38,412 bases of DNA from a virus (Duplodnaviria; Caudoviricetes). The DNA is taken from positions 1-38,412 of IMG/VR virus record IMGVR_UViG_3300012940_000015. The stretch is one strand, 5' to 3'. Positions 1 to 7,912 of the stretch are shown one piece after another. Both the position numbers and the translations under genes were made by a program. Positions within the stretch are counted from its first letter, which is position 1. Each line of letters starts with the position of its first letter. The notes under the pieces were generated by a model. It worked only from the letters and a program-made list of their open reading frames with translations, was not told the origin of the DNA and made no database searches.

Positions 1-52
1 GCTTGTGGGCAGGGGCGGGGTCGAACCGCCGACCTTCCACTTTTCAGGCGGA
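1..52. repeat. att core, left copy (displaced 3' half of tRNA-Phe)
   Basis: GCTTGTGGGCAGGGGCGGGGTCGAACCGCCGACCTTCCACTTTTCAGGCGGA is identical to 38361-38412. The sequence after 52 is not a tRNA 5' half. Confidence 0.97.
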
Positions 53-133
53 AGAAGTACCCTGGAAAGGGGTCGATTTGAGGCACGATGGCGTATCACC
101 GCAGGTCAGCGTAGGGTCAGCCTGGATCACCAC

Positions 134-180
134 CCGGCTACAGAGATGGCTATAGGAGGCGTTGAACGGTCAATGGCTAC
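134..180 (+). promoter_or_regulatory. Putative integrase arm-type sites (left)
   Basis: CCGGCTAC (134-141), ATGGCTAT (146-153) and ATGGCTAC (173-180) match the ATGGCTAC pair near the right att site. Confidence 0.6.
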
Positions 181-1444
181 CACCAGGCGCGGCTACCGCG
201 AGGGCAGCATCTACCAGCGGGCGTCAGACGGCCTCTGGATCGGGACCATCGAAGCGGGCTGGACCGACAGGGGGACACGCAAGCGGGTCATCGTCTCTGG
301 GAAGACCCGAGCCGAGGCGTCGAAGAAGCTGAGGAAGCGCAAGGTCGCGATCGCCGACGGTGGCGTGCCAACTGCCAACGCGAAGACGACGGTGAAGGTG
401 TACGCCGACACGTGGCTCGACCGGAAGGCGAACGAGCTCCGACCCAAGGCGTTCGGCGCGACGAAGACCAATGTGCGCAAGTGGATCATCCCGACGATCG
501 GCCACCGACGGCTCGACCAACTGACACCGGGAGACATCCGCTCGCTGGAGACGACTGTTCGCGCCGCCGGCCGATCGGCAGGCACGGCCGCCGGAGTCTT
601 CCGCACGGCCCGCAACATGCTCAGCGACGCGGTCGAGGACGGCCACATCGTCGCCCGTGCCATCGAGAAGATGAGTGCACCTGACGTACCCGAGAGTGAC
701 CGGACCGACCTCAGCCTTGCCGAGACGTTCGCCTGCCTCGCGGTCGCCAGCGAACTGCCGCACGGCCTCCGCTGGCTGCTCGCACTGCTGTACGGGGCGC
801 GCCAGGCCGAGATGCTTGGCCTCGTCGAGCATGACCCGCTGACCGGGGACCCATGTGTCGACTTCGAGCGAGGCCAGATCCACCTTGCGTGGCAGCTCCA
901 GGCGCTCCGGTACGTCGACCGCACCGACAAGGCGCTCGGATTCAGAACGCCTCGCGACTACGCCGCGGTGCATCTCGTCGACTCGTGGCACCTCGTGCGG
1001 CCGAAGTCGAAGAAGGGGCATCGCATCCTGCCGATGATCCCGCCCGTTGAGGAGGCCATGCGGCGGTGGCTGGCCGAGCGCCCCGAGAATCCGTGGGGGC
1101 TCGTGTTCCCGACGTTCAAGGGGCGCCCCTGCAACGACAAGATCGACCGCGAGGAGTGGTGGGCGATCCAGGGGGCCGCGGCCGTGGAGGCGAACGCGGA
1201 GGACGAGCACCGCGTCAAGCTCGGCTCCGTGCCGGTCGGGCACCCCGGCGGGCGCTACTACCACGTCCACGAGTGCCGGAACGTCGCCGCGACCCAGCTC
1301 GACGAGACGGGCGCGACGGACAACGTCGTCACCAGCGTGCTCGGCCACGCCAGCATCGTCACCAGCCGCGGCTACATGAGCGCCAACATCGACGCCAAGC
1401 GGACCGCGATCGAGCGAGTTGCGGAACGATTCGGGCTGACCTGA
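173..1444 (+). CDS. int: Tyrosine recombinase (phage integrase)
   Basis: N-terminal EGSIYQR arm-binding motif and catalytic R (GARQAE), K (KSKKG), HxxR (HECR), LGH and Y (RGY). Start placed at MATTRR after GGAGG; the ATG at 146 is an alternative. Confidence 0.95.
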   Translation: MATTRRGYREGSIYQRASDGLWIGTIEAGWTDRGTRKRVIVSGKTRAEASKKLRKRKVAIADGGVPTANAKTTVKVYADTWLDRKANELRPKAFGATKTNVRKWIIPTIGHRRLDQLTPGDIRSLETTVRAAGRSAGTAAGVFRTARNMLSDAVEDGHIVARAIEKMSAPDVPESDRTDLSLAETFACLAVASELPHGLRWLLALLYGARQAEMLGLVEHDPLTGDPCVDFERGQIHLAWQLQALRYVDRTDKALGFRTPRDYAAVHLVDSWHLVRPKSKKGHRILPMIPPVEEAMRRWLAERPENPWGLVFPTFKGRPCNDKIDREEWWAIQGAAAVEANAEDEHRVKLGSVPVGHPGGRYYHVHECRNVAATQLDETGATDNVVTSVLGHASIVTSRGYMSANIDAKRTAIERVAERFGLT

Positions 1445-1474
1445 TCCCTCGGACCCTCCTGCCACCCTCTCCCC

Positions 1475-1720
1475 ATGACCGACCTCGAGATCTCGATCCT
1501 CGCCTTCGAGCAGTCCCGCTGGAAGTTCGCCGGCGCGAAGGAGTCGGCGATCCGCGAGCGGTTCGGCTTGAGCGCGGTGCGGTACTACCAGCTGCTCGGC
1601 GCGTTGATCGACCGTCCCGATGCCCTAGCCCACGACCCCCTGACGGTCAAGCGGCTGCGTCGTCTGCGGGATGCTCGGCGTCGGGTGCGGGCGCTCAGGG
1701 TCGCTGGCGGCGGCGTCTGA
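1475..1720 (+). CDS. DUF3263-like protein
   Basis: ILAFE..W...GAKE.AIRERFGLSA.RYYQ.L..LID.P.ALA.DP..V.RLRRLR pattern typical of this actinobacterial family. Confidence 0.85.
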   Translation: MTDLEISILAFEQSRWKFAGAKESAIRERFGLSAVRYYQLLGALIDRPDALAHDPLTVKRLRRLRDARRRVRALRVAGGGV

Positions 1721-1787
1721 TTGCTTTCCAGGCGGTGGCGAAGATGAGTGCCCATAGTGTGGCGGCGATGACGTAGATCGGTGTCAC
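1695..1787 (-). CDS. 30-aa single-TM peptide MTPIYVIAATLWALIFATAWKAIRRRRQRP
   Basis: GGAGG-AACT-GTG start, hydrophobic helix, basic tail. Confidence 0.55.
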   Translation of the reverse strand: MTPIYVIAATLWALIFATAWKAIRRRRQRP

Positions 1788-1933
1788 AGTTCCTCCCTCG
1801 CCTTGTTTGACGTTCAGCGGGCGCCAAAGGTTGCCGGCGTCGGGTGCGGGCGGGGGTGGGGGTTTGTGTCGGAGGGCTCGCCTATCGTCGGATTCGACCA
1901 CGCGAGCGGTGATGGTGGGATACTGTCCGGGGA

Positions 1934-2224
1934 ATGCACGAGGAGGCCGAGATGGCGTTGCTAGAGAACCTTGAGTTCGAACTGGCTGGCCGGTTCGAGC
2001 CGCTTGAGGCTGACCTCGGCAAGACGCACCTGAGCGTGCGCTACGAGCCTGAGGGCGCGATCGTCCGCATCGGCGCGTGCATCGCGGCGTACACGTGGGA
2101 CAACCGCGACAAGGTGATCGACGCGCTACTGGAGTTCGAGGACAGCCACGCAGACGAGTTCTCCGTGGAGTTCGACGTGGTGCCGCTGGAGGCGGTCACC
2201 GATCCGAACTACGCCGCCGTCTGA
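1934..2224 (+). CDS. Acidic 96-aa protein, putative antitoxin-like partner of the HEPN-like gene
   Basis: TACTGT -10 lies 7 nt before the ATG (leaderless); 3-nt gap to the next gene; strongly acidic. Confidence 0.6.
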   Translation: MHEEAEMALLENLEFELAGRFEPLEADLGKTHLSVRYEPEGAIVRIGACIAAYTWDNRDKVIDALLEFEDSHADEFSVEFDVVPLEAVTDPNYAAV

Positions 2225-2227
2225 GCG

Positions 2228-2662
2228 GTGGGGATCAGGGTCTGGCACGTCGCGCGTGCCGAGTATCACAAGGACGTCGCGGAGCATCTGCGCCGCGAGA
2301 CGGAGTTCGAGGACTGGGCGCTCGTGGCGCTGTACTACTCGGCGCTGCATCTGGTCGACTCGGTGCTTGCGGACGACCCGGATCTGCCCAAGGACGAGCG
2401 CAACCCGCGGAAGCATTCCGGCGTGAAGCCGGGCCAGCGTGGCCGGAACCAGCTGGTCGGGAAGTTGTTCCCGTTCGCTCCTCGCAAGGCGTACCGCAGC
2501 CTCGAGGATCTGTCTCGTCGCACGCGCTACGACTGCGAGGCGCTCAAGTCCAACGATGCCCGGAAGGCTTACGACCTCGCCTTGGACCAGTGGCGCGAGG
2601 TTGATCGGTACGCCCGGATGATGCACATCGCCCGGCCGCCGATCCCGTCAGAGGCACCCTGA
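2228..2662 (+). CDS. HEPN-like domain protein
   Basis: DW..VALYYSALH...S.L, then H..., RN, and Y..L..LS..TRY: helical pattern resembling the UPF0332-type HEPN family. Confidence 0.65.
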   Translation: MGIRVWHVARAEYHKDVAEHLRRETEFEDWALVALYYSALHLVDSVLADDPDLPKDERNPRKHSGVKPGQRGRNQLVGKLFPFAPRKAYRSLEDLSRRTRYDCEALKSNDARKAYDLALDQWREVDRYARMMHIARPPIPSEAP

Positions 2663-2666
2663 CCGT

Positions 2667-2822
2667 TCACCGCTCGACCCGCACGTAGAGAAGGTCCCAG
2701 CCCTCGGGGACGGCCATGTGGATCTCGGTCATGCCGGCGTCGTAGTCGTCGGTCTCGACGGTCCAGTGGTGGGCGTCGGCGTGGGTGTCGTTGTGCGGTC
2801 GGGAGGCTGCGTGGATGAGCAC
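2667..2822 (-). CDS. 51-aa hypothetical protein, leaderless, SOS-boxed
   Basis: GTG lies 6 nt after a TATCCT -10; sequence MLIHAASRPHNDTHADAHHWTVETDDYDAG... Confidence 0.65.
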   Translation of the reverse strand: MLIHAASRPHNDTHADAHHWTVETDDYDAGMTEIHMAVPEGWDLLYVRVER

Positions 2823-2828
2823 CCGGCC

Positions 2829-2860
2829 AGGATACGCGAGTCGAACATGTGTTCTATCCT
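2829..2860. promoter_or_regulatory. LexA (SOS) box between two divergent -10 elements
   Basis: TCGAAC-ATGT-GTTCTA (2841-2856) versus the actinobacterial consensus TCGAAC-N4-GTTCGA. TATCCT is present on both strands (2829-2834 minus, 2855-2860 plus). Confidence 0.8.
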
Positions 2861-2866
2861 GACCGC

Positions 2867-3172
2867 ATGTCCCGTCGCCGTGACTACCCCGGTCGTCGTT
2901 ACCCACCGACGCCGTACCCGCCCCGGACCAAGGCCACCAGTGAGTACCGCGATGGCTGGGACGCTGGCTGGTACGACCTGGGGCATCGTGGCTGGCAGCT
3001 CACGATGGAGTGCGAGGCTGACCTGACTGACGGCCCGTATCGGCACGGCTACCGGGACGGCGTCATGGCTCGGTGGCGCTACGAGGAGGCGTGCGAGGCC
3101 GGTGATCGCGCGGCGCGTCGAGAGGCGGCGGAGCGGGCGCGGCGGGAGGTGCCGCCGGAGACGCCGTACTGA
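2867..3172 (+). CDS. 101-aa hypothetical protein with two YxxG[W/Y]xxG motifs, leaderless, SOS-boxed
   Basis: ATG lies 6 nt after TATCCT; motifs YRDGWDAG and YRHGYRDG. Confidence 0.65.
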   Translation: MSRRRDYPGRRYPPTPYPPRTKATSEYRDGWDAGWYDLGHRGWQLTMECEADLTDGPYRHGYRDGVMARWRYEEACEAGDRAARREAAERARREVPPETPY

Positions 3173-3220
3173 TCCCACGGGGCCCTGGCGACCATAGTTA
3201 TGCATTCCGCCCCCCAAATA

Positions 3221-3270
3221 GCCGAAAGCCCGCCTCCCCCCGGGCGAGTGGGGAGAGGCGGGCGGTCGGC
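3221..3270. terminator. Long GC-rich hairpin between convergent genes (end of late operon)
   Basis: GCCGA..GCCCGCCTC-CCCC ... GGGG-A-GAGGCGGGC..TCGGC inverted repeat. Confidence 0.75.
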
Positions 3271-3283
3271 CTGCGGTAGCGGG

Positions 3284-3997
3284 TCAGGTGGCGTGCGCGG
3301 GCACGAGTTGGCCGTCGGCGATGACGCCGGCGATGTGGGCGGGAACGAGGACGCCGGCGTCGAGCACGTGGAACGTTGCTCCGCCGGGGTCGGGTGTGCT
3401 GGCCGGGCCGATCCAGGCGGACACGTCGTCGGTGGCGAGGATCGTGTCGGCGTAGACCTGCGCGAGCGTGGGTGAGGACGAGGGGCGGCCGACGAGGATC
3501 TTCTGCACGTCGCTGGCTGCGAAGTCGGCGTGGGTCTGCCAGCCGGAGTCCCACAGTGCCGTCGTGGCGTCGGGCAGGAAGCCGGCGACCCTCCCGCGCG
3601 AGTTGGTGACGTCGAGCTGGGCTTCGATCCGGTACCAGGTGCTCGTGGCGAAAGTGCCGCTGCTGGACTGCACGACGGTGGCACCGGTGCCGCGTGAGAG
3701 GCGCAGCTGTCCGGGCTGGCCTGATCCGCCGAGGGTGACTTGCAGCAGCGAGTCGAGCCCGACGAGCATCGCGATACCGGGCGCCGACGAGGGCCAGGTC
3801 GCGGGGGTGCGGAGGTAGAACCGCAGCGCCGCGGTCGGGGTTGGCGTGAAGGTCCATTGGGCGGCGCAGTGCTCGCCCGCCTGCTGGGCGAGGGAGAGGC
3901 AGCCGGGGTCCGGGTAGCCGTCCTGGTCGTCGTAGGTGACGCCCGGCCCGTCGAGGTCGGGCAGAGTGCCGTCGTCCCAGGTGAGGAGTGTCGCCAT
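3284..3997 (-). CDS. Putative tail-tip/fibre-associated beta-sandwich (lectin/ConA-like) protein
   Basis: Beta-rich, contains RFYL and TWYRIEA; coupled by TGATG to the collagen-like gene. Confidence 0.55.
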   Translation of the reverse strand: MATLLTWDDGTLPDLDGPGVTYDDQDGYPDPGCLSLAQQAGEHCAAQWTFTPTPTAALRFYLRTPATWPSSAPGIAMLVGLDSLLQVTLGGSGQPGQLRLSRGTGATVVQSSSGTFATSTWYRIEAQLDVTNSRGRVAGFLPDATTALWDSGWQTHADFAASDVQKILVGRPSSSPTLAQVYADTILATDDVSAWIGPASTPDPGGATFHVLDAGVLVPAHIAGVIADGQLVPAHAT

Positions 3998-5163
3998 CAG
4001 GCGTCTCGTTCGATGACGACGGTGCCGTCGGGGAGGTCGGCGATGTTCGGGTCGGTGGTCGCGTCGTCGGTGACGTACACGTCGGCCATGGGGACGCCGT
4101 TGCGGATCAGGCGGCCATCAGTCCAGCGGCGGGCGTGAAGGATCGGGTACGCCGCGCCGGTGCGGCGGTCGTTGAGCTCGAGGTAGCCGCCGGGGTTGCT
4201 GCTGAGGGGGTTGGTGGCGTCCACGACGCCGCGCACGAGAGCGTCGCCCCAGTTGTAGCCGCCTCGGCCGCGCAGGGCTCCCCACTCGTTGAGCCAGGAC
4301 TGCTGCTTGCCGTTGATGACGTGGTTGGCGATGTCGGGGGCGCTGGTGCCGAGTCCGCCGTCGGTGACGGTGGTTTGCCACAGCGGCCCAGTCGGCGGCG
4401 CGGCATAGGTCTGGTCGATGGGGCCGCCGTCGAAGGTGCCGGGGTCGCCCTGATCCCCCTTGTCGCCCTTGTCGCCCTTGGGGCCAGTGTCGCCGGCGTC
4501 GCCCTTGGGACCTTGCGCACCGTCGGCGCCGGGCGCGCCGGGCGCGCCGGGTGCGCCGGGTGCGCCGTCGGCGCCCGGATCTCCGGGATCACCCTTGGGG
4601 CCTTGGTCACCAGGGTCGCCCTGAGTACCCTGCTCGCCTTGCGGTCCCTCGGGACCGGCGGCTGGCGGGTGCTCGGTGAGGTAGTCCTCGACCGCGCCGG
4701 GCAGCGCGGCCTCCGTGCCCGCTTGGGCGGCCTGCGCTGCGTCGCGGGCGATCTCGGCCGCCTCTGCCGACTCGCCAGCAGCAGCGGCGGCCTCCTCGGC
4801 GTCGTTGACCCACTGCTCGTAGCTCGGGGCGGCGGGGTCGAGGGACCAGTCGTCGGTGACGTCGACCGTGCCGCCGGCGGGCACGAAGATGTTGTGGCGG
4901 GTGATGCGGGAGTTGCCTGCCAGGACGACGGTCACCTCGTAGGTGAAGCCGGACGGGTCGAGGGACTCGTCGTCGGATGCGGCCAGCGTCAGGGAGAAGG
5001 CGCCCTGGTCGTCGAGCTCGACCCGCATCTGCCCGAGCACGACCACATCGCCGGCGTCGTCGCGGATGACCGGCACCGACGGGGAGACGTAGGCGGTGCC
5101 CTGTCGCGGCGTCTTGTCCGGGTACTCGAAGGCTCCGGTCAGGGTGCCGGTGAGGTAGGCCAT
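3997..5163 (-). CDS. Collagen-like tail fibre / minor tail protein
   Basis: N-terminal LDDQGAFSLTL Ig-like attachment domain, Ala-rich helix and a long Gly-X-Y run. Start MAYLTG follows AAGGAG. Confidence 0.8.
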   Translation of the reverse strand: MAYLTGTLTGAFEYPDKTPRQGTAYVSPSVPVIRDDAGDVVVLGQMRVELDDQGAFSLTLAASDDESLDPSGFTYEVTVVLAGNSRITRHNIFVPAGGTVDVTDDWSLDPAAPSYEQWVNDAEEAAAAAGESAEAAEIARDAAQAAQAGTEAALPGAVEDYLTEHPPAAGPEGPQGEQGTQGDPGDQGPKGDPGDPGADGAPGAPGAPGAPGADGAQGPKGDAGDTGPKGDKGDKGDQGDPGTFDGGPIDQTYAAPPTGPLWQTTVTDGGLGTSAPDIANHVINGKQQSWLNEWGALRGRGGYNWGDALVRGVVDATNPLSSNPGGYLELNDRRTGAAYPILHARRWTDGRLIRNGVPMADVYVTDDATTDPNIADLPDGTVVIERDA

Positions 5164-5348
5164 CAGGTCTCCTTGGGGTAGCCACGCCAGACGTGGCCGA
5201 GCAGGTAGGCGAACCCGAGAGAGAGCGCAGCGGTCGAGGCGGGCCGGGGAAGGGTCCGCCTCGTCACTGCGCAGATGGTGGGCTTCCCGCGTCGATAGCG
5301 GGAGTAGTTGTAGGCCAGGGTCCCGAGAAGGCACGCCCAGCCGGGCAT
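5163..5348 (-). CDS. Small membrane protein (lysis-cassette associated)
   Basis: 61 aa with two hydrophobic segments, tightly packed between the holin and fibre genes. Confidence 0.55.
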   Translation of the reverse strand: MPGWACLLGTLAYNYSRYRRGKPTICAVTRRTLPRPASTAALSLGFAYLLGHVWRGYPKET

Positions 5349-5352
5349 GGCA

Positions 5353-5532
5353 CTACTCGTCCCCGGCGCTGTTGGGCACCCGGTAGACGGCGAGCGCGGT
5401 CACGATGGCGAGCACGATCGTCAGCACCCGGTAGCCGGGGTCGTCGGGGGTCAGTGTGCCGACGAGGGCGGTCAAGATGGCACCGAGCAGCGCGGCATAG
5501 GCCTTGGCAGCGGCGAGCAGGTGGGCGTTCAT
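5353..5532 (-). CDS. Putative holin (59 aa, 2 TM)
   Basis: AKAYAALLGAILTALV...VLTIVLAIVTALAVYRVPN, typical of actinophage holins; ATGA overlap with the upstream gene. Confidence 0.75.
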   Translation of the reverse strand: MNAHLLAAAKAYAALLGAILTALVGTLTPDDPGYRVLTIVLAIVTALAVYRVPNSAGDE

Positions 5533-6224
5533 CGGGTCTCCTCGATTCTGTAGGTGGCGACGATGCCGTGCTTGTGGTCGGAGATGACCGGGACCTTCTC
5601 GACGTCGACGACCTCGACGCTGTAGCCCGGTGCGTCGATGTAGCCGACCTTGTCGACGCTGGCCGTCTGCCAGTGGATGCCGTTGATGGCGGGCTGCCCC
5701 TTGCCCTGGTTGGTGTCGCCGGCCGGGAAATGCACGCGGTGGAGGCGGCGCTGGTTGGCGGCGATCCTGTTCAAGACGGCCAGCGACTTGTCGCGGGCGA
5801 TCACGCGCGAGCGGGGCTCGACCTTGCGACCCGGGGGCACCTGGTGGAAGCCGGTGAACGCGAGCGGGATGCCGCTCTTGCGGTGCTTGGCCGCCACCGT
5901 CGTTGCCGAGCGGGCGGCACGGTAGCCGGGGAACAGCCACCAGCCCGTCAGTCGGCCGTGCAGGCGGTGGCGCTTGGCGGCGGTGCGCTCGAGCACCGAC
6001 TTGCGGATCAGCACCGGGTTGGGGGTGGCCCAGAGCCCGGACTGCTTGAAGCCGTGTCGCCGCGCAGCGTTGCGATAGACGATGCGCTGGCGCTGGCTGA
6101 GCGACTCGTTGATGGTCAGCACGTCGCAGCGGGCCAACATCCGGTCGACGCTGGTGCGCCAGCCCTTGCGCCCGACTTTGATCGGCACGTTGACCGTGCC
6201 GACGCGGATGCGTGCCGTGGTCAT
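5529..6224 (-). CDS. Endonuclease/exonuclease/phosphatase (EEP, DNase I-fold) family protein
   Basis: Ordered motifs TVNV, INE, FH, AGDTN, VDKV, SDH. Confidence 0.8.
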   Translation of the reverse strand: MTTARIRVGTVNVPIKVGRKGWRTSVDRMLARCDVLTINESLSQRQRIVYRNAARRHGFKQSGLWATPNPVLIRKSVLERTAAKRHRLHGRLTGWWLFPGYRAARSATTVAAKHRKSGIPLAFTGFHQVPPGRKVEPRSRVIARDKSLAVLNRIAANQRRLHRVHFPAGDTNQGKGQPAINGIHWQTASVDKVGYIDAPGYSVEVVDVEKVPVISDHKHGIVATYRIEETR

Positions 6225-6227
6225 CCG

Positions 6228-6875
6228 TCAGTCCTTGTCGAGCTCGGCCAGAACAGCGTCGAGGTCGGCGGCGACCTTGTCGAAGCCTTCCTTCATCAGC
6301 CGCGCCCGCAGGTTGGTGAGCTGCTGCCGGGTGGCCTTGAGGCGCCCGTTCACCGTCGTGAGCTGCCGGCTGATCAGGTTGACGGTGGACTGGATCTCGT
6401 CGAGCTGCTTGGCGTAGTCGGCCATGGGGTCACGCTCCTTGTTGAGTCCGGCCGCGACCTTGCGGAGGTTCGCCGGGGTGGTGTTGATCTCGAAGTGCAT
6501 CTCGTCGGGGCGGCCGGAGTAGTCGCCTCCCCAGCGGACCGCGCCGCCCAGGTCGCGGAGGATCGCGTGGATCGCGGCGACCTGCTTGGCGGAGAACGTG
6601 CCGCGCTTCCCGAGGGGGTGGCTCGGTGCGTTGAGGTCGATCGCGGTGCCGGACGCGTGGTTGGAGTAGCCGGACGACTGGCCGCGGATCGCTCGGTACG
6701 CCCAGCCCCACGAGCTGCTGACGATGATCGGCTCGACCTCGGCGTTGAAGCGGCGGCAGAGGTAGTCGAAGACGGCGTGCACGTCACCAGGTGCGACGCG
6801 GCCCGTCACCCAGCGCAGCGGTACGAGGCCGCTGCTGCCCGTGTGGACGGTCCAGCCGTTCTGAGAGTTAGCCAC
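6228..6875 (-). CDS. Endolysin, M15-family Zn peptidase
   Basis: SQNGW start, SNHASGTAIDLN, WGGDY and DEMHFE motifs, with a C-terminal coiled coil. GTG start follows GGAGG. Confidence 0.9.
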   Translation of the reverse strand: MANSQNGWTVHTGSSGLVPLRWVTGRVAPGDVHAVFDYLCRRFNAEVEPIIVSSSWGWAYRAIRGQSSGYSNHASGTAIDLNAPSHPLGKRGTFSAKQVAAIHAILRDLGGAVRWGGDYSGRPDEMHFEINTTPANLRKVAAGLNKERDPMADYAKQLDEIQSTVNLISRQLTTVNGRLKATRQQLTNLRARLMKEGFDKVAADLDAVLAELDKD

Positions 6876-7488
6876 GGCCGCCTCCATTGGATCGGATACA
6901 GGAGCCGACGTCTCTGGTCGAGCCGTCGGAGAAGGTCGCGATCCACCGGTAGGACGCGTCGCAGGTAAGGTCTGTCAGGGAGAGGCCAGCGGGTCCGGGC
7001 TGCCCGTCGGCGCCGGGAGCACCGTCCTTGCCGTTGGCGCCGTCCTTGCCAGCGGGTCCGGCAGGACCGGCGGGTCCCTGAGGTCCGACCGGGCCTTGCT
7101 CGCCATTGGCGCCGTTCGTGCCGTCGGCGCCCGACGTTCCGTTGCTGCCGTCGTCGCCGTCGTCGCCTTTCGGTCCGCGTGGGCCGATGGGTCCGCGTGG
7201 GCCGGGGGTGCCTTCGATCAGGACCGTGGTGGGGTCGTCGTCGGTATCGGTGTCGGGTGGCGGGTCAACGGGCTTCTCGCCCGCCTGTCGCAGCCGCTTG
7301 TTCGCTTCCTTGAGGGCGGCCTTGTTGGCAGCCGACTGGTCGGTGAGCGCGGCCACTTCCTCGTTGAGGTTCTTGCGGTCCTCGATCGAGTCCTTGCGGG
7401 TGGCGAGCAGGTCGAGCATCGTGGCGATCACCCATGCGACCACCAGGATCACGACGACCGCGACGACGCCCTTGAGGAATGCCTTCAT
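6868..7488 (-). CDS. Membrane-anchored coiled-coil/collagen-like protein
   Basis: N-terminal TM (MKAFLKGVVAVVVILVVAWVIA), coiled coil, Gly-X-Y repeats and a C-terminal Cys pair. Confidence 0.75.
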   Translation of the reverse strand: MKAFLKGVVAVVVILVVAWVIATMLDLLATRKDSIEDRKNLNEEVAALTDQSAANKAALKEANKRLRQAGEKPVDPPPDTDTDDDPTTVLIEGTPGPRGPIGPRGPKGDDGDDGSNGTSGADGTNGANGEQGPVGPQGPAGPAGPAGKDGANGKDGAPGADGQPGPAGLSLTDLTCDASYRWIATFSDGSTRDVGSCIRSNGGGRG

Positions 7489-7910
7489 GACGGCGCTCCA
7501 CCGATGTTGTTGATCAGCATCACGACCGCGGTGAGGATCGCCAGCGCGGTCCCGACGGCGGAGTAGGAGATGATCCGAGACGACTTGATCCGGTCCTCGC
7601 CCTCGCTGTCGGCCTGCCTGCGTGCTGCGGCCTCTTCGGTGTCGGCCTGCTTCCTCGCCTGGGCTTCCTCGGCGACGGCGGCGATGCGCTCGGCCCGCTC
7701 GGCCGCAAGGTCGGCAGTCAGGTCGGCGATGATGTCCTGCTGCGCCTTTAGGCGCGCGTCGATCGCACGGTCGCGGCCCTCGATGAGCGCGATCAGCGTC
7801 TTCTCGGTGGCCAGCCCGTCCATGCGGGTGTCCATCGACGTGATGCGGGCGGCGAGGTTGTCGATCCGCTCGGCGAGGACATCGTTGCGGGGACCCGAGT
7901 CGTCGACCAT
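7485..7910 (-). CDS. Coiled-coil protein with C-terminal TM (lysis-region membrane protein)
   Basis: Heptad-rich body and a hydrophobic C-terminus; ATGA-coupled to the next gene. Confidence 0.7.
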   Translation of the reverse strand: MVDDSGPRNDVLAERIDNLAARITSMDTRMDGLATEKTLIALIEGRDRAIDARLKAQQDIIADLTADLAAERAERIAAVAEEAQARKQADTEEAAARRQADSEGEDRIKSSRIISYSAVGTALAILTAVVMLINNIGGAPS

Positions 7911-7912
7911 GG

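Noticed and set aside
1-52. Complete tRNA gene at the left end
   Set aside because: Only the anticodon arm to the 3' end is present; the adjacent sequence has no D arm or 5' acceptor strand.
5-172. N-terminal extension of the integrase ORF starting at 5
   Set aside because: It begins inside the att/tRNA repeat. Recognisable integrase sequence and an RBS start at 173.
4430-4660. Non-coding tandem repeat
   Set aside because: Explained by Gly-X-Y collagen codons; the same applies at about 6990-7210.
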